Positions 54,539 to 64,000 of a DNA stretch of 64,000 bases are shown one piece after another. The stretch's first letter is position 1. The number at the start of each line of letters is the position of its first letter. The notes beneath the pieces are model-generated. The model was not told the origin of the DNA. It was given only the letters and a program-made list of their open reading frames with translations, and searched no databases. The translations under genes were made by a program, and so were the position numbers. This DNA is from an uncultured Nitrospira sp. (lineage in GTDB: Bacteria; Nitrospirota; Nitrospiria; Nitrospirales; Nitrospiraceae): assembly GCA_964412445.1 (NCBI GenBank), contig CAYPOR010000001.1, positions 15,586 to 79,585 of the forward strand, in the 5' to 3' direction.

Positions 54539-56709
54539 TGATCAAACCGATAGCATCCGGATGACTCCACATGCTCTCGAAGCTCTTCGGCCCGCATACG
54601 TCCCCGTGACCGGAGGTTGCGATACATCGCAAGCGCCCACAGCGGGAAGTATTGACAGTACCAATGGTAGCGGAGGTAGAACACGCGCGGGAACCCCGTG
54701 CCGGTATGCATCACCTCTTCCCAGGAGCCGTCCTTCAGCTGATGGCGGAGGAGAAACTGCACACCGCGCGCAATGCTCAGCGAATCCGTCATGCCCGCGG
54801 ACATCAACGCCATCAGCGCCCAGGCTGTTTGCGACGGTGTGCTCTGGCCTTTCCCGCTATGGGCTTCTTCCGCATACGAAAGACAGGCCTCACCCCAGCC
54901 GCCATCGGGATTCTGCTTGGATTCAAGCCAGGATACCGCCCGGCGAATATAGGGAGAGGACACCTCCTCTCCAATCGCCCTCAGTCCTGCGAGCACCGAC
55001 CAGGTTCCGTAAATGTAGTTCACACCCCACCGGCCGTACCAGCTGCCGTCAGCCTCCTGCTGTCTCTTGAGAAACGCCAGCGCCGGCTGCGCCGCGGGAT
55101 GGGAACGGTCATAGCCCAACGCGCCCAGCATTTCCAAACAGCGCCCGGCCAGATCGGCCGTACTCGGATCGAGCAGGGCTTTATGGTCCGCGAACGGAAT
55201 ATAATTGAACACGACCCGGTTGTTATCCTTGTCGTACGCGCCCCAGCCGCCGTCCGAACTCTGCATGGCCAGCACCCACTGCATGCCGCGGCGAATCGAT
55301 TCCCGCAAATCAGCCGGCTCGGGCATCTTGAGTTTCGACAGCGCCATCAGCACGACGGCGGAATCGTCCACGTCGGGGTACAATTCATTTTCAAACTGGA
55401 AATACCATCCGCCCGGCTCCGCCTGTGGAGACGACACCGTCCAATCGCCGACCGTGTTCGTCTGCCGGGAGAGCAGATAGGCGCCGGCTTTGACCAGCGC
55501 CGGATGATCCTGCGGCATGCCGGCTTCGATCAACGCGTTCATCAGCAAGGCCGTGTCCCAGATCGGAGAATGACAGGGTTGCAAATGCAGCGTCGGCAGC
55601 CGTTGGCCGTCTATCGTCACGGACTCATGCACTTCCAGATCTTCGATTTCCCGGAGCGCTTTCTGAACCAGCGGATCGTCCATCTCATAGCCCAGGCACC
55701 GGAGCGCTAGGACCGAGTTGGCCATCGCCGGATAAATCGCGCCCAGCCCGCCGCTGCCCTTCAAGTGATCCAGCATCCAGGTCGCCGCTTTATGCATCGC
55801 CTTCTCACGCAGCCACAGCAACGGCATCCGGTCATACAGCTTCAGCACCGCATCGAGCATGACGAAGAAATTATGCGGGGTGAACCAGGCTTGATCCTTG
55901 TTGAACGGCGGATATTTCCAGTACGGGACCTTCCCTCGCGGCTCAAGATACAGTTCCTCGATCCCCTGCTCGCGGGGAATCCGGCACACCGGTTGATGCG
56001 CAAAGACAATCAGCAGCGGAATCAGCACGGCTCTCGACCAGTAGGAGATCGCGTAGATGCTGAAATAGAACCGCTTCGGCAACAGCATGAGCTCGACCGG
56101 CATGTGGGGCACGCCTTCCCAGTCATACTGGTCGAACAAGGCCAGTGCAATCTTCGTAAAGACGTTCGCCTGCACGACTCCGCCCATCGCCAGGATGCGC
56201 TCGCGCGCACGCACCAGACAGGGATCGGAGGCGGGGATCCCGCTGAGCTTCAGCGCGAAGTACGCCTTCACCGACGCGCTGATTTCCGCCGGCCCGCCGT
56301 AGTAAATCGGCCAGCCGCCGTCCGGCAGCTGCATCGTTCTCAAATACCGGACCGCTTTGTCTTCCTTGACCGGATCGACACAATCGAGAAACCGCCGCAG
56401 CATCAGATACTCGGAGGTCAGCGTCGTGTCGGCCTCGAGTTCCGCCACCCAATAGCCCTCGGTGGGATGTTGCTTGGATAAAAACCAGCTTTGACTGCGG
56501 CGGATGGCATCATCAATGGCATCCGGCTGGCTCACGGTATGAGCCGACGGCCGACGAGCGGCATCTGCCGCCGTCAAGGGGCCGACTTTATCCGAGACAA
56601 GCCGGAGCGGGGGCGTTTGCGCATACTCGATGGCCGGATTGAATTTTCCGGGAATCGTCGCGAGCAAACTGCTGGAAAGCCGGTCAAACAGTGCGCGAAA
56701 GAGTTTCAT
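54535..56709 (-). CDS. shc: Squalene-hopene cyclase
   Basis: GYW.AELEAD, QLPDGGW, SPIWDT, GGWYFQF.N..YPDVDDSA (DxDD), repeated QxxxGxW motifs, TGFP.VFYL.Y..Y..YFPL.AL. Confidence 0.95.
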   Translation of the reverse strand: MKLFRALFDRLSSSLLATIPGKFNPAIEYAQTPPLRLVSDKVGPLTAADAARRPSAHTVSQPDAIDDAIRRSQSWFLSKQHPTEGYWVAELEADTTLTSEYLMLRRFLDCVDPVKEDKAVRYLRTMQLPDGGWPIYYGGPAEISASVKAYFALKLSGIPASDPCLVRARERILAMGGVVQANVFTKIALALFDQYDWEGVPHMPVELMLLPKRFYFSIYAISYWSRAVLIPLLIVFAHQPVCRIPREQGIEELYLEPRGKVPYWKYPPFNKDQAWFTPHNFFVMLDAVLKLYDRMPLLWLREKAMHKAATWMLDHLKGSGGLGAIYPAMANSVLALRCLGYEMDDPLVQKALREIEDLEVHESVTIDGQRLPTLHLQPCHSPIWDTALLMNALIEAGMPQDHPALVKAGAYLLSRQTNTVGDWTVSSPQAEPGGWYFQFENELYPDVDDSAVVLMALSKLKMPEPADLRESIRRGMQWVLAMQSSDGGWGAYDKDNNRVVFNYIPFADHKALLDPSTADLAGRCLEMLGALGYDRSHPAAQPALAFLKRQQEADGSWYGRWGVNYIYGTWSVLAGLRAIGEEVSSPYIRRAVSWLESKQNPDGGWGEACLSYAEEAHSGKGQSTPSQTAWALMALMSAGMTDSLSIARGVQFLLRHQLKDGSWEEVMHTGTGFPRVFYLRYHWYCQYFPLWALAMYRNLRSRGRMRAEELREHVESSGCYRFDH

Positions 56710-56815
56710 GGATTCCTAGTGAGTGCATGCAGATGGGAGTAAAGAGACGCGACTGCGTGCCGCCAGTCATCGAATCGCCGGCACCTTGCCACACAAGAGC
56801 AGCCCATCCGTGGGG

Positions 56816-56844
56816 GATATAACAGACACCCCTACCTGAGTCAA
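56816..56844 (-). promoter_or_regulatory. Sigma70 promoter of the shc operon
   Basis: TTGACT-N17-TATATC with TG extension, about 105 nt upstream of shc. Confidence 0.5.
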
Positions 56845-56893
56845 GCAACGCGAGCGGAAAGTTCTCAGCGATATTCAAGCGTTGCGGCTATCT

Positions 56894-59800
56894 TCATACG
56901 GGCTGCAGATCCCCCAGCCGCACCGAGACCAGCTTGGACACACCCGGCTGTTCCATCGTCACACCGAACAACGAATCGGCGATCGCCATCGTGCGCTTGT
57001 TATGGGTAATGACGAGAAACTGCGCATTCTTCGACATCTCCCGAAGGACACTGGTAAAGCGCCCGATATTTTCTTCATCGAGCGGAGCGTCGATTTCATC
57101 CAGCAGACAGAACGGCGTCGGCCGGATCAAGAAACTGGCAAACAGTAGCGCCATTGCCGTTAACGTCTTTTCTCCACCGGACAGCATCGTGATGCTCTTC
57201 AATCGCTTGCCCGGAGGCTGCGCCACGATGTCCACGCCCGGCTCTTGATTGCCGGCGCTCTCCCCGTTTTCACCGGCCGGCTCATCGACCAGCAGTAACT
57301 CAGCACGCCCGCCGGGGAAAAACTGGCTGAAGACTTCGGTGAATTTCTGCTGCAATTCGGCGAAGGTCGTGACGAACATATCCTTCGTGGTCTTGTTGAT
57401 CCGCTGAATAATTTCCTTGAGGGAGCTGATCGAGGTCGCAAGATCCTGTTCCTGCGTCGTCAGAAAGGTATAGCGCTGCTCAAGCTCCTGATGCTCGCTG
57501 ATCGCCGCCAGATTGATGGGCCCCATCCGGTCAAGCCGGTCCCGCAGCTTTTGGAGTTGCTCTTTCAATTCAGCCTGCGGCACCTGCGCCAACGGATTGG
57601 CACTGGCCTGGGCCGCACCTTCGACGCTCGCATCTGCGGCAGGCTCGGAGCCCGGCGCCGCGCCATCCGCCAGCGCGACCGGATCCAGCTGATACGTTCC
57701 CGACAAGGTGCTCTCGACGGCGCTCAATTGCGTCCGCAGCTCAGCCCGACGGACTTCCACCGCCATCCGTGCATCCCGCACGGACGACATGTCCCGACGC
57801 ACGGCATCCAGGCTAGCCTCTAATGACTGTCCGACCGCCATCTCCTGAGTCTGTTGTTCCTGGGCGGCAATCAATTGCGCTTTAATCTTGGCCGCAGCCT
57901 CGCCGAATTCCTGGCACAACGCTTCCTGGCGGGTGCGCTCTTCATGGCTATGCTGAATATCGCGCGCCAATCCCTCCAGATGACTCTGCAACATCTGCCG
58001 GCGCTGCTCGCTTTCCACCTGCTGCTGCCTGATGCGAAGGCGATTCGCCTGTTCATGCCCTTGTTTGGCGCGCAGCCCTTCGGACAGCAGCCGCGCTTCC
58101 GTCACCCGCTCTTGAAACAGCCGGCCCTCCAAATCGATCGCCGTGAGCCGTTCCCGCACGCGGCCCAGGCTCGCTTCCTGTCCGGTCTTCTCGCTGACCC
58201 ATTGCTCCAACTGGGCCTGCGCCGAACGTGCGTCCTGCTCGAACCGCTGCCGATCCACCATTCCTTTTTGTATTTCGGCGGCAATCCCGCCGAGACGGAC
58301 ATCCAGATCCGCCATAAACTGACGGAGATTTTCTTCGTCCTTCCGTAACGACAGATCCTGCATTTCCGTGTCGCGCAACGACTCGGCCAACTGTCGACTC
58401 TGCAGCCCCAGGCCTTGCCCCCGATCCTGCAAGGCAAGACGCCGTTGCTTATCGGATTCGAGCGCCGCGGTCAGTTCGTCGCGTTTCGTCTCCAGACCGA
58501 CCACCTCACGCCGGCGTTCCAGCAGCCCCTGCCCCGCATGAGCATGTCCTCCGCTGATGACGCCGGATGCGTCCATGACTTCACCGGCCAGCGTCACCAG
58601 CACCGGCCCGTCGGGCCCCGTCCACAGCCGGCGCTCCCACAGTCGCACCGCATGGTCCAGCGATTCCACGATCACGATGCGATCGAACAGGCAGTCTTTC
58701 GCCGCCGTGCGGGCGTCATCCGCACGGATCAAATCGACGGCCCGGCCGACGACACCGGCCTGATCCGCAAGTACGTTCCACCAGGCCCGTGCGTCGGCTC
58801 CGGACAGTTCCCATCGCGGCTGTTGAGGAATAAACGTTCCGCGCCCGAGTTCTTTTTCTCGAAGAAAACCGATCGCACGTTGCGCCACGGCCGGCTCATC
58901 GACAAACCACCCGTGTACGCGCTCCCCCAGAACCGCTTCCACGGCCCGATCCATGCCGGGAGGAATCACGAGCCATTCGGCAATCGCATCACGAACCCCT
59001 TCGCAGGATTTGAGCGCCGTGCTTTCATCCTGCCCTTCCCGCCCGTACCCCATCTCTTCACGCACGACGCCCTGCAGCGCCTGCAGCCGGGAATCGACGG
59101 CAGCCAATTCCTCCGATCGTTGCAGAATCAGCCGGTCGAGTTCCTGCTGCTCAACCGCAACCTGCGCCGCATCGGCCTGCACGGTCTCCTGCTGAGCCCG
59201 AATGGCGGCCACCATACGCCCCGCCTCGCCGTACTCATGCCGCAGGGCTTCATGCCGGGTCAGCGCCGTCGACCGGTGCGCCTCCAACTCCTCTTGTTCA
59301 GCCGCCAGCCGGGTCCCCCGCTCAGCGACTTCGCCCATCCGGGCAATCAGCTGCGTCACGCTCTGCTCGGTATTCGCCACCAGAACGGCCAGCTGCATGA
59401 TGTCGAGACGCCCGCGCTCCTCCTCCGCGACCGCAGCGGCCCGCTGATGCAGCAGGCGCTCCATATCCTGATCGAGCTCCGCAAACGCCTGTTCGCGGGA
59501 AAGCAACTCCTCTTCCAGCGAGACGAGCGCCGCTTCGATGGCCTCCAGCGAATGCGCCAGCTCCTCCTGGGCATGCGCCAGCCCTTCCAGCTCATGCGAC
59601 TCTTGCTGCTGCTGCTGTTCGAATAACTGGCTCCGGTTCCGCTCGACCTCGGCCGCCGTCAACGCCTGGGCCTGCTGATGTTCGATCCGCCCGAGTTCCT
59701 CGCGGATCTTGCCGGTCGACTCGCCGATTTCGATCGCCCGCAAACGGGACTGCTCCAGATCCGTGGCAAACCGCGCCTGTCCGGCGGCTTTTTCGGATTC

Positions 59801-60595
59801 TTGCTGGTCGAGGCTCAGCACCTCCGCTTCGACCTCCTTCAAACCGGCCCGTAACGTCACAAACTCCCTGGTCAGCAATTCGATCTCGACGGCCCGGGCT
59901 TCCTGCTGCAGCGTCTGATACGTACGCGCCTGCCGCGCCTGCCGTTCAAGCGAATTAAGCTGCTTTTTGACTTCCGCGATGATGTCACGCACCCGCAGGA
60001 TATTTTGCTGAGTGGCATCGAGTTTCCGGAGGGCTTCAGCCTTTTGCTTTTTGTACCGGACGATCCCGGCCGTCTCTTCGATCAATTCACGCCGGTCTTG
60101 CGGAGAGGCATTCAGGATCTGATCGATCTGTCCCTGCGCAATGACCGTATGCCCCTTGCTGCCGGCGCGCGTGTCCATGAGCAGCGTCCGGATATCTTTG
60201 AGCCGGCAGGCCGTCTTGTTGATAAGATATTCACTGTCGCCGTTCCGGTAGAGCCGCCGCGTGATCATGAGCTCCTGAAACTCGGTCAACTCGCTCGGCA
60301 ACCCCGATCCACCTTCCTGCGGCAACACCGCACGATCGAGCCCGCCGATGATGAGCGAAACCTCCGCCATACCGAGCGGCTTGCGCAATTCAGTGCCGTT
60401 GAAGATCACATCTTCCATTTTTTCGCTGCGCAACGTCTTGGTGCTCTGCTCGCCCAGCACCCACAGAATGGCATCGACCACGTTGCTTTTGCCGCTGCCG
60501 TTGGGGCCGACGATGGCCGTCACTCCTTGTGGAAACTCGATTCTCGATTCGGCAAACGACTTGAACCCCAGCATATCGAGCGATTTCAAATACAT
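56894..60595 (-). CDS. smc: Chromosome segregation protein SMC
   Basis: [15 protein letters not shown], long coiled coils flanking a hinge (GRGTFIP), LSGGEK signature, [14 protein letters not shown]. Confidence 0.95.
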   Translation of the reverse strand: MYLKSLDMLGFKSFAESRIEFPQGVTAIVGPNGSGKSNVVDAILWVLGEQSTKTLRSEKMEDVIFNGTELRKPLGMAEVSLIIGGLDRAVLPQEGGSGLPSELTEFQELMITRRLYRNGDSEYLINKTACRLKDIRTLLMDTRAGSKGHTVIAQGQIDQILNASPQDRRELIEETAGIVRYKKQKAEALRKLDATQQNILRVRDIIAEVKKQLNSLERQARQARTYQTLQQEARAVEIELLTREFVTLRAGLKEVEAEVLSLDQQESEKAAGQARFATDLEQSRLRAIEIGESTGKIREELGRIEHQQAQALTAAEVERNRSQLFEQQQQQESHELEGLAHAQEELAHSLEAIEAALVSLEEELLSREQAFAELDQDMERLLHQRAAAVAEEERGRLDIMQLAVLVANTEQSVTQLIARMGEVAERGTRLAAEQEELEAHRSTALTRHEALRHEYGEAGRMVAAIRAQQETVQADAAQVAVEQQELDRLILQRSEELAAVDSRLQALQGVVREEMGYGREGQDESTALKSCEGVRDAIAEWLVIPPGMDRAVEAVLGERVHGWFVDEPAVAQRAIGFLREKELGRGTFIPQQPRWELSGADARAWWNVLADQAGVVGRAVDLIRADDARTAAKDCLFDRIVIVESLDHAVRLWERRLWTGPDGPVLVTLAGEVMDASGVISGGHAHAGQGLLERRREVVGLETKRDELTAALESDKQRRLALQDRGQGLGLQSRQLAESLRDTEMQDLSLRKDEENLRQFMADLDVRLGGIAAEIQKGMVDRQRFEQDARSAQAQLEQWVSEKTGQEASLGRVRERLTAIDLEGRLFQERVTEARLLSEGLRAKQGHEQANRLRIRQQQVESEQRRQMLQSHLEGLARDIQHSHEERTRQEALCQEFGEAAAKIKAQLIAAQEQQTQEMAVGQSLEASLDAVRRDMSSVRDARMAVEVRRAELRTQLSAVESTLSGTYQLDPVALADGAAPGSEPAADASVEGAAQASANPLAQVPQAELKEQLQKLRDRLDRMGPINLAAISEHQELEQRYTFLTTQEQDLATSISSLKEIIQRINKTTKDMFVTTFAELQQKFTEVFSQFFPGGRAELLLVDEPAGENGESAGNQEPGVDIVAQPPGKRLKSITMLSGGEKTLTAMALLFASFLIRPTPFCLLDEIDAPLDEENIGRFTSVLREMSKNAQFLVITHNKRTMAIADSLFGVTMEQPGVSKLVSVRLGDLQPV

Positions 60596-60694
60596 TGATG
60601 TACCCTCGGTTGAGCAGCCGGATCGGCTGAGCGGAAAAACAATTCGGCCCTTGTAACACAGGGCTATGAGGAAATCAAAAGAAAATACCGCAGG

Positions 60695-60722
60695 TAGTAG
60701 GGGGCCGAGCAGCCCCCTACTA
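60695..60722 (-). terminator. Probable intrinsic terminator after ispH
   Basis: TAGTAGGGGGC-CGAGCA-GCCCCCTACTA 11-bp stem, followed on the minus strand by a T-rich run. Confidence 0.55.
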
Positions 60723-60750
60723 GATATATGGATTTATCTGAGACTTGGGA

Positions 60751-61713
60751 TTATCTGGCGACGCCGGCAGCGGACTTTCCAGCCGAATCGATTTGCACGA
60801 GTTCTTTGGGCAGGAGAAATTCGACGTCCTCCTCGATCACGGTCAGCTCTTCCACCTCTGAAGGACCAGAACTCCTGAGAAAGGCGACCACCTCCGTCAC
60901 GAGAACTTCCGGAGCCGACGCGCCGGCGGCGATGCCGACCGCCTTCGCGGCTTTCAACCAGTCCGGATTGATGTCACTGGCCGAATCGATCAGGTAGGAG
61001 GGAATTCCGCACTGCTCGCCCAACTCGCGCAGGCGGTTGGAATTCGAGCTGTTCGGCGACCCGATGACCAGAATCACATCCACCAGGCGGGAGAGCTCCT
61101 TCACCGCATTCTGCCGGTTTTGCGTGGCATAGCAGATGTCTTCCTGGTGCGGGCCCTTGATATTCGGGAACCGCTTATTGAGTGCGGCGACAATATCCCG
61201 GCATTCATCCACGCTGAGCGTCGTTTGCGTCACATAGGAAAGGTTTCGCGTATTGTCGACATGGAGTTTCTCGACATCATCGACCGAGGACACCAGGTGG
61301 AACTTATCGGGAATCTGTCCCAGCGTCCCGATGACCTCGGGATGCCCGGCATGGCCGATCAGAATCAGCTCATAGCCCTGAGTGTATTCACGATTCACTT
61401 CGTTGTGGACCTTGATGACCAGCGGACAGGTGGCATCGATCACGTGCAGCCGGCGCTGATTCGCCTCGGCCCACACCGACTTGGCCACGCCATGCGCGCT
61501 GAAAATTACCACCGAGCCTTCCGGCACTTCACTCAACTCTTCCACAAACACGGCGCCCTTTTGACGAAGCGAGTTCACTACATGGCGGCTATGGACGATT
61601 TCATGGCGGACATAAATGGGGGCGCCGTACTTCTTGAGCGACAGATCCACGATATCGATCGCCCGATCGACCCCGGCACAGAATCCCCGCGGATTGGCAA
61701 GGTATATCTTCAT
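60751..61713 (-). CDS. ispH: 4-hydroxy-3-methylbut-2-enyl diphosphate reductase IspH
   Basis: [57 protein letters not shown]. Confidence 0.95.
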   Translation of the reverse strand: MKIYLANPRGFCAGVDRAIDIVDLSLKKYGAPIYVRHEIVHSRHVVNSLRQKGAVFVEELSEVPEGSVVIFSAHGVAKSVWAEANQRRLHVIDATCPLVIKVHNEVNREYTQGYELILIGHAGHPEVIGTLGQIPDKFHLVSSVDDVEKLHVDNTRNLSYVTQTTLSVDECRDIVAALNKRFPNIKGPHQEDICYATQNRQNAVKELSRLVDVILVIGSPNSSNSNRLRELGEQCGIPSYLIDSASDINPDWLKAAKAVGIAAGASAPEVLVTEVVAFLRSSGPSEVEELTVIEEDVEFLLPKELVQIDSAGKSAAGVAR

Positions 61714-61854
61714 AGCGATTCAGACTCCTGGGATGGTTGACGAGACTCAGCCGAATCCGGCTGGCTCACTGCACGCGTTTCACCTTACGTCAGATCATCG
61801 GATATCGTCAACAGATTTGCCCCGACAACCAGCCTTTCAGAGACTCCACGTCGC

Positions 61855-61883
61855 TTGACAGCGGACGACTGTCTCCGTAGGCT
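61855..61883 (+). promoter_or_regulatory. Sigma70 promoter of the two-component system
   Basis: TTGACA-N17-TAGGCT, ending only 9-12 nt before the start codon. Confidence 0.6.
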
Positions 61884-61895
61884 GAGGCCACCGTG

Positions 61896-62606
61896 ATGAG
61901 TACGAATTCCGTCAAGAAAATCCTCATCGTCGAAGATGAGAAAGACATTCTTCAACTCGTCAAGCTCTACCTGGAAAAGGAAGGCTACCGGACCGTGACG
62001 GCCTCGACCGGATCGGAAGGGCTGGCCCAGGTTCGCACGGAAAAGCCCGATCTCATCGTCCTCGACCTGATGCTTCCCGAAATCGACGGCCTTGAAATCT
62101 GCAAGCGCCTGCGGTCAGCCCCCGAGACGGCCATGCTGCCGATCATCATGCTCACCGCCAAGGCCGAAGAGTCGGATACGATCATCGGCCTCGAGTTAGG
62201 CGCGGACGACTATGTGACCAAGCCCTTCAGTCCCAAAACCCTGGTCGCGCGGGTGAAAGCGTTGTTTCGCCGGCTTGAACGCAAACCGGAAGACGGGCCG
62301 GCCCGCTTCACGTACGGCCCGCTGATTCTGGATCTCACCCGTCATGAAGTCACGGTGAAGGGAAAGGAAATCCCGCTCACGGCGAAGGAATTCGGCCTCC
62401 TGGAACATCTGCTCCGCCATCCAGGACGAGTGCTGACGCGCGACGTACTGCTCAACGCCGTCTGGGGCTACGAGTACTATGGCACCACCCGGACCGTCGA
62501 CGTGCACGTCCGGCGTCTGAAACAGAAGCTGCCGTTGCTGGATGAGGCCATTCTCTCGGTGAAGTCACTCGGCTACAAGCTCAAAGAAGCGGATGGTTCC
62601 GGATGA
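61896..62606 (+). CDS. phoB: OmpR-family response regulator, PhoB-like
   Basis: IVEDE, DLMLP (phospho-Asp), LTAK, GADDY.TKPF, winged helix (LTAKEF.LL, VWG, RTVDVHVRRL). The symbol rests mainly on the PhoR-like partner. Confidence 0.85.
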   Translation: MSTNSVKKILIVEDEKDILQLVKLYLEKEGYRTVTASTGSEGLAQVRTEKPDLIVLDLMLPEIDGLEICKRLRSAPETAMLPIIMLTAKAEESDTIIGLELGADDYVTKPFSPKTLVARVKALFRRLERKPEDGPARFTYGPLILDLTRHEVTVKGKEIPLTAKEFGLLEHLLRHPGRVLTRDVLLNAVWGYEYYGTTRTVDVHVRRLKQKLPLLDEAILSVKSLGYKLKEADGSG

Positions 62607-64000
62607 GACTGTCCATCCGCTGGAAGGTGACGCTCGGGAGTCTCCTCGCGGTCACCTGCGGACTTGCAGTCGCCGGTCTGCTGGCCCTGCAATCGCTCGA
62701 ACAGCAAGCAATCGCCCAGCTGAACGACATGCTGGACGCCAGAAGCAATCTGGTGGAATACAGCCTCCGGCCGACGTTCTCGGCCCCGCCCCCCCCCGAT
62801 CAACACACACGCTTGGGAACTATTGTCCGCCAATTGGGCGACAGGGCCCTGGCCCGTGTCACCGTCGTCACCGCCGACGGGACGGTGATCGCGGACAGCG
62901 CCGTGGATGACGCCGGGCTCTCCACAGTCGACAACCATCTCTCACGACCGGAAATCCGGCAGGCCCTTGCGACAGGAGTGGGACGGGATATTCGCGCCAG
63001 CCAGACGACCGGCACCCGCACCATGTATCGCGCCCTCCGGACGGAGCTGCGCTATCACGACAAGATCGTGATCCTGCGCCTCGGCCTTCCGATGACGATG
63101 CTGGAACGGGAAACCGGCAAGCTCCAGCGCCATCTGGCCATCGCCATCGGAGCCGCCTTCCTGATGGCCCTCCTGCTCAGCCTCTGGATGGCCCGCAGCA
63201 TTACGAAGCCGCTTTCGGACATCGCCGGCGTGGCGCGCCGGCTTTCGGCGGGAGATGCCACGATTCGCATCCAGACGCACTCATATGACGAAGTCGGCCT
63301 GCTGGGCGAAACCCTCAATCATATGACCGACCAGCTCCGCACGAAGATCGACGAACTCTCGGAAGATCGCGCGCAACTGCTCGCGATGCTGACCTCCATG
63401 GTCGAAGGCGTCATGGTCCTGGACTGCCGGGGACGTATTCTCCAGATCAATCCGGCCCTCGAACGGATGTTCGATGTCAGCCGCACGGAGATCCGCGGAC
63501 AGATCAGCACGGAGGTGCTGGCCCACCCTGAATTGAACAGCCTGATCACCACCATCCTCACGAATCGGGCCGGCCAGGAAGCCGAGATCGTGCTCATGCC
63601 CGGAGGCCGCTGCCTGCATATCGAGACGTCGGTGGCCGGGTGCGAGCGGGAAAACGAAGCCTGCGCCGTGCTGGTCTTCCACGACATCACCGAACTGCGC
63701 CGTCTGGAAAAAATCAGAAAAGACTTCGTCGCCAACGTGTCGCATGAATTGCGCACCCCTCTGACCTCGATCAAGGGCTACGTCGAGGCGCTCTTGGACG
63801 GAGGGAAAGACGATCCGGACACGGCCGTCAATTTTCTCACCATCATTCTGAAACAAAGCGACCGGCTCAACCTGATTCTGGAAGATCTGCTGGAATTGTC
63901 CAAAATTGAGTCGGGGCGAGTCTCCTTCAAAGAAGATCCGCTGGATCTCCGCAGCCTGATCGAACGAACGCTCTCGATGATCAAACCCCTGGCCGACAAA
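62603..64000 (+). CDS. phoR: Sensor histidine kinase, PhoR-like (3' truncated; absent from the ORF track)
   Basis: Translated by hand from ATG 62603: MRLSIRWKVTLG, TM, RVTVV.ADG.VIADS / NH..RPE Cache-like domain, TM, HAMP (DEVG.LG..LNHM), PAS, H-box KDFVANVSHELRTPLTSIKGY. Confidence 0.88.
   Translation, partial: MRLSIRWKVTLGSLLAVTCGLAVAGLLALQSLEQQAIAQLNDMLDARSNLVEYSLRPTFSAPPPPDQHTRLGTIVRQLGDRALARVTVVTADGTVIADSAVDDAGLSTVDNHLSRPEIRQALATGVGRDIRASQTTGTRTMYRALRTELRYHDKIVILRLGLPMTMLERETGKLQRHLAIAIGAAFLMALLLSLWMARSITKPLSDIAGVARRLSAGDATIRIQTHSYDEVGLLGETLNHMTDQLRTKIDELSEDRAQLLAMLTSMVEGVMVLDCRGRILQINPALERMFDVSRTEIRGQISTEVLAHPELNSLITTILTNRAGQEAEIVLMPGGRCLHIETSVAGCERENEACAVLVFHDITELRRLEKIRKDFVANVSHELRTPLTSIKGYVEALLDGGKDDPDTAVNFLTIILKQSDRLNLILEDLLELSKIESGRVSFKEDPLDLRSLIERTLSMIKPLADK

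Noticed and set aside
57491-59626. Long plus-strand ORFs opposite smc (also those opposite dxs, arc, dop and cydA-like genes)
   Set aside because: Typical antisense open frames produced by codon bias in GC-rich coding sequence.
1-64000. CRISPR array, rRNA, transposase or integrase
   Set aside because: No regularly spaced direct repeats, rRNA signatures or DDE/tyrosine/serine recombinase motifs were seen.

Overview
High-GC bacterial chromosome segment, very probably Nitrospira (phylum Nitrospirota). This is inferred from the UBact-proteasome locus, the cytochrome bd-like/Rieske-cytb/NxrC-like respiratory cluster and the hopanoid genes; it is not a database result. Left to right: (1) HD protein-yjbQ-htrA-arc-dop-ubact-prcB-prcA-pafA block on the minus strand; (2) an accessory locus of TPR/SEL1 protein + membrane-bound CHASE2 sigma54 activator, a near-consensus sigma54 promoter, a processive GT2 synthase fused to a dimethylformamidase-like domain, and an acyltransferase-3 (best candidate for an undescribed exopolysaccharide system); (3) small genes (NUDIX, tpm, DUF1398, BrnT-type toxin-antitoxin) with decayed integron attC-like sites; (4) structured intergenic elements, then a sigma54-driven OmpA-domain / VIT-vWA-LPQTA / class GN sortase operon ending at tRNA-Thr; (5) a pseudo-caspase lipoprotein and ubiA; (6) a 12-gene respiratory cluster; (7) hpnH, tRNA-Cys, ispG, dxs, and an shc-hpnG-mlaEFDC-Omp85-DUF3187 operon; (8) smc, ispH and a PhoBR-like two-component system running off the window end. 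No CRISPR array, rRNA, integrase or transposase was seen. All family assignments come from motif recognition by eye, not from searches.
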